64,000 nucleotides of DNA from Nitrospirota bacterium (GTDB taxonomy: Bacteria > Nitrospirota > Nitrospiria > 2-01-FULL-66-17), in assembly GCA_049325335.1 (NCBI GenBank), contig JBMOMC010000001.1:500193-564192 (forward strand). The letters run 5' to 3'. Shown here piece by piece: positions 40,760-49,579 of the stretch; position 1 is the stretch's first letter; each line of letters begins with the position of its first letter. The notes under the pieces are model-generated. The model was not told the DNA's origin, did not search any database, and saw only the letters and a program-made list of their open reading frames with translations. The translations under genes and the position numbers were made by a program.

Positions 40760-41695
40760 ATGAGCACGGGACAGAACGGAAAGGCCAACACGGGGAACGG
40801 AGTCGTGACACTCGATCCGGCCGAGCAACTCCGGAAGGAGATCGAGATCAGCGACCGCGATTTCTACGCCGTGTACGACCGCCGACACGGCAAGCGGCTA
40901 ATCCCCAGCGCTCGCGTCTACAACAACTGGGCGAAGGAGGCTGGGATCAAGACGCGGATCATCGAAGCGGGGTGCGACGCGGACAAGGCCTGGGCGCACG
41001 TCAAAGGCTGGATCGGCGTGGAAGCGAATCCCGTTCTGCAGCGCGAGGCACGCGTCACCATCGTGTGGAAAACCGAATGCGAAGACCTCGTCTGGAACGC
41101 GATCGCGCCCAAGACGGATCACCGGGGCCAGGTCGTCAAAGCCGGCAAGCCCTACACGATCGGCCCCGACGGCTATCCGGTCTTGACCGAACCCAGCGAT
41201 CAGTTGGCCATCATCCAGCAGCTCTCACGGCTCAAACGCTTCGGGGAACGGACCGCGGTGACCAAGGCCGAGGCGATCGTGGAGAAGAAATTGCTGGGCG
41301 TGGAGTATCGCGAGCCCGAGGAGATCACCCACGAGCAGCAAGAGACCGAGGCCGTGGCCGCGGCCAACGGCGAGACGGTGCAGGAGGCCTCAGGATCGGT
41401 CGCCGGGCTCAGGCCGCCAGCCGGGAACGGAGCGGCTGCACCGAGTGACGATCCGCCTCATCCCCGAAGCCGGGTGCTCAATACGGTTGTCGAGATCAAC
41501 GGCAAACGTCTGCGGACGGCCGGCATCCAGGCTGATCAACTGGAGGCGATTTGGGCGATGGCTCAGCGGTTAGGGAAGGGACCCGTGGCCGAGGTGCTCA
41601 AGGCATTTGGAGCGGAGAAATCGGTACACCTCTCCCGTGAGGAGGCGGGGCAGGTGTTGGCGAAGCTCAACGGGCGACTGTCAGAAGCGATCTAA
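40760..41695 (+). CDS. Hypothetical protein, candidate single-strand annealing protein
   Basis: Follows the nuclease; 'ERTAVTKAEAIVEKKLLG' resembles the Rad52/RecT-type helix; disordered linker and small helical C-terminal domain. Confidence 0.55.
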   Translation: MSTGQNGKANTGNGVVTLDPAEQLRKEIEISDRDFYAVYDRRHGKRLIPSARVYNNWAKEAGIKTRIIEAGCDADKAWAHVKGWIGVEANPVLQREARVTIVWKTECEDLVWNAIAPKTDHRGQVVKAGKPYTIGPDGYPVLTEPSDQLAIIQQLSRLKRFGERTAVTKAEAIVEKKLLGVEYREPEEITHEQQETEAVAAANGETVQEASGSVAGLRPPAGNGAAAPSDDPPHPRSRVLNTVVEINGKRLRTAGIQADQLEAIWAMAQRLGKGPVAEVLKAFGAEKSVHLSREEAGQVLAKLNGRLSEAI

Positions 41696-41812
41696 AAACA
41701 CGCTTGGGAAGCTCCTCACTCACACGGAAAACTCGTCTTGCGGCTCTTTCGGCGGTCAACACGTCAAAACGTTTGCTCATCGGCACATACGGAGTATGGT
41801 CACTTTGCGCTT

Positions 41813-41923
41813 GCTAACACTCGTTAACACTCGGAACTCGTTGTGGCCCGTCGTGGGCCATTGTAAATCATTGCGAATGATGTAAAACGCCTTCCGCACG
41901 CGCTAACACTTGGTAACACTCGG
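41813..41923. repeat. Two 22-bp direct repeats, each a tandem TAACACT pair
   Basis: GCTAACACTCGTTAACACTCGG (41813-41834) and GCTAACACTTGGTAACACTCGG (41902-41923), 20/22 identical. Confidence 0.7.
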
Positions 41924-43642
41924 GGCCTCTTCTCGCAGGGAATAGACCACCTTGGGCGGCTTTCCTTCCCGTCGTAGAAAGCCGCCCGAACCACTCCATT
42001 TCCGTAGCAGCCGGGAGATTTCGACTCTCGCGGTTTGGGACTCTCCAAGATGCAGCAGCACGCGGCATTGTTTGGGCGTGATCGAGCCGTGATCCTGGAG
42101 AAACACCTTGACCATCTCAGCGTAGCGCAGCGGGCTGATTCCCTTCGCTTCTGAGTATGCCGCTTTGCCTAACAAGCCGCTGGCCACTGGCTTGGCCAAA
42201 TGAAAACTCGCGGCTTTGGTTCTGCCACGCCGTTCCAGCAAGGCGGTCGGCGGCTGCGTCAGCTGGTCGAGCACGCCCCGCGCCTCGTCGCGAGACAACT
42301 GAAGAACCTGGGCGGCCCTGGCTGAATCAATAAAGGCGTGCTCCCGCAAATAAGACAGCACCAGTAAGCCGTCCAGATCAACCTCGATGCCTTCTTGCTT
42401 CCATTTCGCGACCAAAGCGGCCATCCGTGCGTCAAAACTTCCGTCGAAGACGCGCAGGGTGACGCGGGTTCCATCGGTCTCATAGACGGGTGGTCGCTTT
42501 CCGTACGACAGAGCGGGCAGAAAGATGCGCCGCCGCCCAATGCCCGCCCGCTCGACCAACCGCAACTTTTCCAACGCCTCCGCCAGCGTCCGATTACGGC
42601 TCACGGGTTCACGCCGCAGGATGTTGTCGGGTGTAATGCCGCTGATAAAACCCCCGGGACTCGTAATCACCAGCTCGCGTTGAGTGTGCCGGATCAAGAC
42701 CTCGCCCGGATCGGAGTAGTCACGGTGCGTCACGGCGTTCAACACGGCTTCTCGCACGGCCTCCAAGGGGTAGGCAGGAATCCGTATCTTGAACAAGCCG
42801 ACGGACAACTCCTGCTCAGGATTGGCCGGCCCGGCGAAGTTCTGTTCGATGCGTTCGAGGATGTTCAGGAGCCCTTGTCGGTAAGAATCGTTCCGCGCGA
42901 CTGACACATCCGAGGTCTGCAGGACATAATGGACCTGGTGCTGCGGGCAACGTTCACTAAGGACCTCCTCCCGTCCAAACAACACCAGCCCCGCATGCGT
43001 AACCCGGCCGTTTCGTACCGCGCCAAGAGCAACCAGGAACAGCTCATCTGCCAGCTTCAGCAGTTCCGATTCAGGACTGATTCGCCGTAGGATGTTCCGC
43101 GCTCTTGCGATTTCGACGGGATCAAGATCAGTCAGGCGCAAATCGGTTGGTTGCCCGCTCCAGTCCACTGCGCCCGAAGAGATCTGTACGCGAGCAAAGT
43201 TCTGCGGATCGAGCGGCATGCAGTTCTTGCCCACGCGCCGTTTGAATAATCCCTGTGCGGTGCCATAAGGGGGCAAGCCACCCTTGGGCACTCGCACGAC
43301 CAAGAGCTTGCCGGTCCCTTCCGGCACAGGCAATTCCTCCACATCGATGCGCAGGTTCGGGCGCACGCCGTCGTAGATGCCGCGCCGCCACACGTCGAGG
43401 TCGTAACCCGTCGCGCCGCGAATGGCTGCAGCCCGTCCGCGCGTCTCGTCTGCCACGCCGAAGACAATGACACCACCGTCCGCGTTCGCCAGACAGGCAG
43501 CATACTCGACGGCCACTTTCATGTCGGATTTCGGGTCGGTCCACGGCTTGAAGTCAAGCCACTGCGTTTCCAAATCATCCGCCACAGCGGTGTTCAGTTT
43601 GTCCAAGAGGGCCAGAATCTCGGCGTTGGTCGGAATGCTCAT
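41903..43642 (-). CDS. Schlafen/AlbA_2 domain + HATPase_c_4 (RecG-C-like) + wHTH protein
   Basis: 'ETQWLDFK', 'CLANADGGVIVFGVAD', 'REAVLNAVTHRDY', 'SPGGF', 'ERAGIG'. Confidence 0.85.
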   Translation of the reverse strand: MSIPTNAEILALLDKLNTAVADDLETQWLDFKPWTDPKSDMKVAVEYAACLANADGGVIVFGVADETRGRAAAIRGATGYDLDVWRRGIYDGVRPNLRIDVEELPVPEGTGKLLVVRVPKGGLPPYGTAQGLFKRRVGKNCMPLDPQNFARVQISSGAVDWSGQPTDLRLTDLDPVEIARARNILRRISPESELLKLADELFLVALGAVRNGRVTHAGLVLFGREEVLSERCPQHQVHYVLQTSDVSVARNDSYRQGLLNILERIEQNFAGPANPEQELSVGLFKIRIPAYPLEAVREAVLNAVTHRDYSDPGEVLIRHTQRELVITSPGGFISGITPDNILRREPVSRNRTLAEALEKLRLVERAGIGRRRIFLPALSYGKRPPVYETDGTRVTLRVFDGSFDARMAALVAKWKQEGIEVDLDGLLVLSYLREHAFIDSARAAQVLQLSRDEARGVLDQLTQPPTALLERRGRTKAASFHLAKPVASGLLGKAAYSEAKGISPLRYAEMVKVFLQDHGSITPKQCRVLLHLGESQTARVEISRLLRKWSGSGGFLRREGKPPKVVYSLREEAPSVTKC

Positions 43643-43908
43643 AGCGTGAACCTGATGGATGTCTGCGGGGCTTTCACGCAAATCATGTCAGCTGAGCCCC
43701 GAGTAAGTATAGAGACATTGTCTGCTCATTGTGGGACCCTCCTCACTTCTTATACGGCTCGTTAGAAATCCCGAATGGCTTCTTCGGGATACACTTGACC
43801 CGACCGCATCCCATCGTCATCCACACCAAGCACGAGCGTGCCCCTGGCAGTCGTGCGGGGCAATAGCGCCCGTGATGAGTGGGCCGATTGATCCGAGCCC
43901 CTGGGTTT

Positions 43909-44619
43909 TCAATAATCCCAATTCTCACGCCGAACCGGAAGGCGGTTAAGCACGTCGCGATAGAACTGCCACTTGGGCATAAATCGGTCCATGAGCGCAA
44001 CAAATCGGGCGTTGTGTGTCGGCTCCAGCAAGTGAACCAACTCGTGAACAACGATGTATTCGACGCACTCTCGTGGCTTCTTCGCCAGCTCGGTGTTGAG
44101 GCGGATCGTGCGTGCTCTGTGGTTACAACTCCCCCATTTGGTTTTCATCCGCTGCACAAAAAACCGCTCCACCTTTGCGCCCGTCAGACGTTCCCACTTG
44201 GCAATCAAGGGCGGCACCGCTTGCTTGAGTTGCTGGCGATACCATTCCTCGACGATGGCCTCCCTCTTCTGTTCGTCTGCTCCAGGTCGAACCCGTAGGA
44301 GCATCCGGCTGTGTCGTAGTTCGACGGACGGTACCTGGTCGCTCTCGCAAACCGTGAGCAGGTAGCGCTTCCCCCACACATAATGGCTTTCCCGGTCCAA
44401 ATATTCGCGCGGAGTTTCGCGTTCCTGTTCCCGGAGCTTTCGCTGTTGTCGTTTGATCCAGTCGAGCTTTGAAATGGCAAAGACCCGGATCGTGTCGAGG
44501 CTCATGCGCAGCGGCGCCGAAATCCGTACTCTGCCGGTTGGCGGATACACGCTGAGATGAACGTTCTTGATGTTCTTCAGCACCACGTCCACCGCAATAT
44601 CACCCAATTCGACCTGCAT
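43909..44619 (-). CDS. YgjP/SprT-like (M48/DUF45) metallopeptidase associated with type I R-M
   Basis: 'MKTKWGSC', 'VHELVHLLEPTH' HExxH motif. Confidence 0.9.
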   Translation of the reverse strand: MQVELGDIAVDVVLKNIKNVHLSVYPPTGRVRISAPLRMSLDTIRVFAISKLDWIKRQQRKLREQERETPREYLDRESHYVWGKRYLLTVCESDQVPSVELRHSRMLLRVRPGADEQKREAIVEEWYRQQLKQAVPPLIAKWERLTGAKVERFFVQRMKTKWGSCNHRARTIRLNTELAKKPRECVEYIVVHELVHLLEPTHNARFVALMDRFMPKWQFYRDVLNRLPVRRENWDY

Positions 44620-44624
44620 AATCG

Positions 44625-47600
44625 TCAGTATTCTATTTGTGCTTTGATAATGAGGAAGATGCGCTCCACCTCGCCCACGTCCTGCAACACGTCATACAGG
44701 GCTTTCTTGACCATTTGCTCTCGTGCCTGGACGCCGCGCCACCCATCCGGTCGCTTCGTCTTCACGGCTTCGTCGATCTTCAATGCGATTACTTCATTCT
44801 GGCCAAGGTTGTTGTATAGGGCGCGTTTGCCCGGTGTGTCCAACGCCGCTGGCGTGTCCTCGGCTTGCCCCGCTTCCACCTTTTTCGCCAATTCGGCGAT
44901 CCGCTTCAGGTACTCTTCATACTCGATCGCCCGTGCCTTGCGGTCGGCGATGATCTCGTCCAGCAGAGTAGACATCTTCTCATAGTAAGCCGGGTCGTTC
45001 AGGTGCTCTTTGATGATTTTGCTGCGGACATTGTTCTCAATCGTTTCGGCCACCGCATTCTTGTTGCCTTTTAATCCACCGAGCTGCGTGGCAATGGCAT
45101 TGGCAATCCCGGTCTTCACAATGAGGTCCACCAGGCTCATGTTGTCGAAGGGAGAGATCTTCCTCGGCTCATCGGCTTCGATATACGTGTCGATGAGGTG
45201 CCGCATGTCCGCCTCATACGCCTTCAGGTCGAGGCTCTCCCCGCTCGCCTTGCGGATGATCTCGCGGACGTTGAGATAATGGGTGAGGTGTTGCTTGATG
45301 CGTCCCACGTCGCCGACGCTGTATCCGGCGGGTTCCAATTCATCCGCGATGTTGGCGTAGGCCCTAACCAGGGCCACGGTCGCTTTGTAGAGCGCAGCGC
45401 GTTGCGGCTCATGTTCCTGCAGGTCCTCCGGAATCTCCGTATTGCCGCAGAAGTAGTGGATATGTTCCAACTCGCCCTGCGGCGACTCAACCGGCTCGCA
45501 CAACAAGGCGAGAGCTTCGAGCGCGTTGTCGAGGCGTTCCTTCCCCTTCTTCAGGCGGTCCTGCAGCAGCACCTCTGGGTCCGCTCCACCTGCGCTGTGA
45601 TCCAGCTCGGAGGTGTACACCGCGATCGCATTCTCGACCTTCTTGAACAGGTCTTTGTAGTCCACGATGTAGCCGAAGTCCTTGTCCTCACCGTCCAGCC
45701 GGTTGACGCGGCAAATGGCCTGAAACAGACCGTGGTCCTGCATGGACTTGTCAATATAGAGATACGTGCAAGGCGGCGCATCGAAGCCGGTCAGCAGCTT
45801 GTCCACCACAACTAACAGCGCCATGTTCGCCGGCTCTTTGGTGAAGAGCGTCTTCGCCCACTCCTCGTAGGTCTCCGTCTTCGTCATCCCCGGCTTGGGG
45901 TCGACGTCCTTCAGCAGCTCGGTGTAGGTGTTGTAGATAAACTGCTTGTCGGTTTCGGTGTTCGCGCCGATCTCCTCCCTTGTCACGTCCTGCGCCTGGG
46001 GGTTGTAGGAGGTCACCACCGCGCACTTCCCTCTGAACGGCGTCTTTTGGAACAGCGTGAAATACTTGCACGCTTCGTAAATGCTGGAGGCCACCAAGAT
46101 CGCATTCCCGCGCTCGCTGGACAGGCGCGGCTTCACGCTGAAGTCGAATACGATGTCGCTCACCACTCGCTCCATCCGTGAGCGGGAGCTGAGTACGCTC
46201 TGCATCGTGCCCCACTGTTTCTTCAACTCGTCCTTCTGCCACTCGTTCAGCCCCTTGGTCTTGGCCTCGAACCACGCATCGATCCTGTTCTCCGAGCCCA
46301 GGCGCTGGTCAATATCGCGCGCCTCATAAACCAAATCGAGCACCACTCCGTCTTCAACGCCCTCGCTGAACTTGTAAGTGTGGATGTAACCGCCAAACAC
46401 TTCGAGGCTCGTCGCCTTATCTTTTTTCAGGAGCGGCGTTCCCGTGAAACCAATGAACACTGCGTTGGGCATGAGCGCCTTCATCACACGGTGCAGCTTG
46501 CCGCTCTGCGTGCGATGACACTCGTCCACGAACACGAACACCTCGCCCACCGTGGGGCTGGGTTGGGCTTCCAGCTCCTTGATGAACGCGTCAAAGTCGT
46601 CCACGCCCTTCTGGCCGAACTTGTGGACCAGTGAACACAGCAGGCGCGGCTTGGCCTGGCCGAGTTGGCCCATTAGGTCGCGGCCACTGCTCGTTCGCTT
46701 GATCGCCTCACCCGATTCGTTGAAGACGCGCTCGATCTGCTTGTCCAACTCATCGCGGTCGGTGATGATAGCAACGCGAGCGTTGGGGTTGTTCTCCAGA
46801 ATCCACTTGGCCAGGAGTACCATGACAATGCTCTTGCCGCTGCCCTGCGTGTGCCACATGATGCCGCCCTTCTTCTGGCGGACATGTTCCTGTGCGGCCT
46901 TGATGCCGAAATATTGGTGCGCACGCGGCAGCTTCTTCACCCCGCCGTCAAACAATACGAAGTCATGTATCAGCTCGATCAGCCGGTCTTTGCGGCACAT
47001 CTTGAGCAGGTACTTGTCGAGTTTGAAGCGGGTGTTGTCCGCTTCGTCCTCTTTCCACTTCAGGAAATATTTCTCCGGTGTCCCGATGGCGCCGTATTGC
47101 AGTCCTTCTGAATCGTTTCCGGCGAACACAATTTGAACGGTAGAGAAGAACCATTCGTTGAACTCAGGCTGCTGGTTGGAGAGCAGTTGGCGAATGCCGT
47201 CCCCGATAGAGATGCGGCTGTTCTTCAACTCCAACACAGCGATGGCAATGCCATTGACGTACAGCACAATATCCGGCCGCCGCTCATGGTTCCCTCTGAG
47301 CGTCACCTCCTCGGAAATGGCAAAGTCGTTCTTCAGCGGTTCCTGCCAGTTGATGACGTGGACGGTCTCGGTGACCTTGCCCGCCTCGACCTTTACAGGA
47401 ACGCCGTAACGTAACAGGCTATAAGTGGCTTGGTTGTTACCGTAGAGGGTGCGGCTGTGATTATCGGCTTCAGTACGCAGCTTGTAGAGGGCCGCGCTGA
47501 TCTGCGGCGGCGTGTAGCCGCTCTTCTTGAGCCATTCGGTGAGCAGCCTTTCTTCGATGTTGCTGTTGCTGTCGCGGTCGGTCCGGTCGCCGAGGTAGCG

Positions 47601-47675
47601 GTAGCCCAGCTCGTCGCGGAACAAAGCAATGACGCGCTCTTGCGTCGCGCGTTCGGGTTGGCCGACGCCGTTCAT
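44625..47675 (-). CDS. hsdR: Type I restriction endonuclease subunit R
   Basis: RPDIVLYVNGI..ELK nuclease, WHTQGSGKS, DECHR, FTGTP, LLTGFDAP, QAICRVNR. Confidence 0.96.
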   Translation of the reverse strand: MNGVGQPERATQERVIALFRDELGYRYLGDRTDRDSNSNIEERLLTEWLKKSGYTPPQISAALYKLRTEADNHSRTLYGNNQATYSLLRYGVPVKVEAGKVTETVHVINWQEPLKNDFAISEEVTLRGNHERRPDIVLYVNGIAIAVLELKNSRISIGDGIRQLLSNQQPEFNEWFFSTVQIVFAGNDSEGLQYGAIGTPEKYFLKWKEDEADNTRFKLDKYLLKMCRKDRLIELIHDFVLFDGGVKKLPRAHQYFGIKAAQEHVRQKKGGIMWHTQGSGKSIVMVLLAKWILENNPNARVAIITDRDELDKQIERVFNESGEAIKRTSSGRDLMGQLGQAKPRLLCSLVHKFGQKGVDDFDAFIKELEAQPSPTVGEVFVFVDECHRTQSGKLHRVMKALMPNAVFIGFTGTPLLKKDKATSLEVFGGYIHTYKFSEGVEDGVVLDLVYEARDIDQRLGSENRIDAWFEAKTKGLNEWQKDELKKQWGTMQSVLSSRSRMERVVSDIVFDFSVKPRLSSERGNAILVASSIYEACKYFTLFQKTPFRGKCAVVTSYNPQAQDVTREEIGANTETDKQFIYNTYTELLKDVDPKPGMTKTETYEEWAKTLFTKEPANMALLVVVDKLLTGFDAPPCTYLYIDKSMQDHGLFQAICRVNRLDGEDKDFGYIVDYKDLFKKVENAIAVYTSELDHSAGGADPEVLLQDRLKKGKERLDNALEALALLCEPVESPQGELEHIHYFCGNTEIPEDLQEHEPQRAALYKATVALVRAYANIADELEPAGYSVGDVGRIKQHLTHYLNVREIIRKASGESLDLKAYEADMRHLIDTYIEADEPRKISPFDNMSLVDLIVKTGIANAIATQLGGLKGNKNAVAETIENNVRSKIIKEHLNDPAYYEKMSTLLDEIIADRKARAIEYEEYLKRIAELAKKVEAGQAEDTPAALDTPGKRALYNNLGQNEVIALKIDEAVKTKRPDGWRGVQAREQMVKKALYDVLQDVGEVERIFLIIKAQIEY

Positions 47676-49579
47676 CAGTCACGCCCTTCGGAAGCGAACA
47701 GCTGCCTGCATGATCTGATTGCTCGGCTGATCTTGTCCTCAGAAAAGATTGCGCGATCCAGCTTGGCCTCCCATTCGGGATGGTCTTGGATGACCTGCTT
47801 CACCGTGGCCACATCCACCACCTTCCCCTCGCGGCGAAGATCCTCCATGGCCATATCCACGGTCGTTAGCAATTCCAGCTCGTCATTAGACTTGCAGCGA
47901 AACTGCTCCAACCAGGTCAAGACGTCATCGCCATACCACTTGGAGAAATAACTTTGTGCCTCGCCAATCTTTTCACCAGCAACAAATCCAGAGAATTTGT
48001 CACGGGAATGCACGCTGACGTAGCCATTATTGAGTGCAATTCCTTCAGGCCCTTTGTATCTGGTTGCCGGGTTGTAAGGTCCTGCGGCCTTCTTGAGATA
48101 GCCTTCAGGCTGTATTTCCACATGGCGATGGAGCAGGTACGAGAGTTTGGTATAACGCTTCCGGCCCAACGGCCATTGTCTCGAGCCGAAGTTCTTGGCC
48201 AGAACGGAAATGACCACGGCCTCGTTGATCTGCCAGTTGTGCGACGTAGTGGGGGCTGACGTGGACTTCTTCCTTACCGGCAGGTGGACAACTTCCGAGG
48301 CCGGTCGAACTAAGCGAATCCTCCCGGTGAGCAACTCCTGCATCATGCCCTGCTTGAGCTGACCGGATTTTGCTAGTTTGGCTTCCAACGCAGCGATGTC
48401 AGCGTCCATGTCGAAAAGGATGTTGGCGATGGCAATTTGCTCTTCAATGGTCGCTGGCGTTCTGTAAACGAAATTGACGAAATCCTTCTGATAAAGGTGA
48501 TTGATTGTCGACCCGGCACTGAGCTGAACAAGAAACTCGGTGAAGACGTTAGAACAAAGGAGGTAATAGAAGAACTCGGGATGAAAGGCCTCTGCGATCG
48601 GCCGGATCACGAAGACCCCACTATTAAGCGTAGCTGGTTTAGGCAGGTCGGTGATCAACGCGACCTTGCCGATGGTGCCGTCCTTTGTCACGAGAACATC
48701 GTGCTCTTTCAACTGGATGTTCTTGTCCTGCTTGTAGCGAGACTCATCGACGTAGTGGCAATTGTTCCAGTCGATATAGCCCTCTTTGAATTCAGTGCCT
48801 GTCACGAGGTAGTAGTCCCCGGAGTCCAGGTATTCAGCAGTCGTTAAGCCCTGCCATCCAATGCGCGCTTTGAGAATAGCCGTAGTCCCCAACCGCTTCC
48901 GCTCCCACTCCCCGCTAAACCCCGGTAGACGCTTCTTGCCGGTAAGCAATTCCTGCATGGCGCCTTGTTTGAGGTGGCGTTTTTTTGCGAGGAGTTGCTC
49001 CAGGGATTCGACGAGGGCATCCGCATCGCTCAACGCCTCGGCAATGGCTTCTTGTTCTGCTTTGGTAGGCGGGAGTGCAAGACGGACTTGCTTTACTGTC
49101 GTCAAATTCATTCCGGCTTTGGCACCAGAGTCAGTGAGCGCTCGAAAAATCTTTTGCGGCTTCTCGGATGCCAAGAAGTAACTGACGAATTTGGGGTTGG
49201 TAATTGAGGGATCGAATCGCACTAACGCGATGTGTTGATTGATGTAGGCAGGCCTTGGAACTTGTGCGGAGACGTAACTAACAATTCCAATATCGGCGGT
49301 GATTGAAATCAGGACATCGCCGGGTTGAAGCTGTGTGCGTGCACCCTCGCTGTTGTCAGCGGGAAGGCTGACAAAACGAAGATCATTCAGGTCCAAGTGA
49401 ATTGAGCCACGGGTAAGGTTGGTAATACGAATGAATGGTGAACCGTGATCGGCATAGAAACCTGCCCAGCCACGCGAGCCACTGGTAACAAAGGGGTGCA
49501 AATCACCAATCGGCTTGGCTTCCCAATCCTCCGGAATCACGCCCACATCGGTCTGCTTATAGCCGGGTCTCACTTCCAC
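47675..49579 (-). CDS. hsdS: Type I specificity subunit S with ~210 aa C-terminal extension
   Basis: 'IPEDWE', two TRDs, two 'EQ.AIA..L...KQG.MQELLTG' conserved regions, then an extra domain. Confidence 0.92.
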   Translation of the reverse strand: MEVRPGYKQTDVGVIPEDWEAKPIGDLHPFVTSGSRGWAGFYADHGSPFIRITNLTRGSIHLDLNDLRFVSLPADNSEGARTQLQPGDVLISITADIGIVSYVSAQVPRPAYINQHIALVRFDPSITNPKFVSYFLASEKPQKIFRALTDSGAKAGMNLTTVKQVRLALPPTKAEQEAIAEALSDADALVESLEQLLAKKRHLKQGAMQELLTGKKRLPGFSGEWERKRLGTTAILKARIGWQGLTTAEYLDSGDYYLVTGTEFKEGYIDWNNCHYVDESRYKQDKNIQLKEHDVLVTKDGTIGKVALITDLPKPATLNSGVFVIRPIAEAFHPEFFYYLLCSNVFTEFLVQLSAGSTINHLYQKDFVNFVYRTPATIEEQIAIANILFDMDADIAALEAKLAKSGQLKQGMMQELLTGRIRLVRPASEVVHLPVRKKSTSAPTTSHNWQINEAVVISVLAKNFGSRQWPLGRKRYTKLSYLLHRHVEIQPEGYLKKAAGPYNPATRYKGPEGIALNNGYVSVHSRDKFSGFVAGEKIGEAQSYFSKWYGDDVLTWLEQFRCKSNDELELLTTVDMAMEDLRREGKVVDVATVKQVIQDHPEWEAKLDRAIFSEDKISRAIRSCRQLFASEGRD

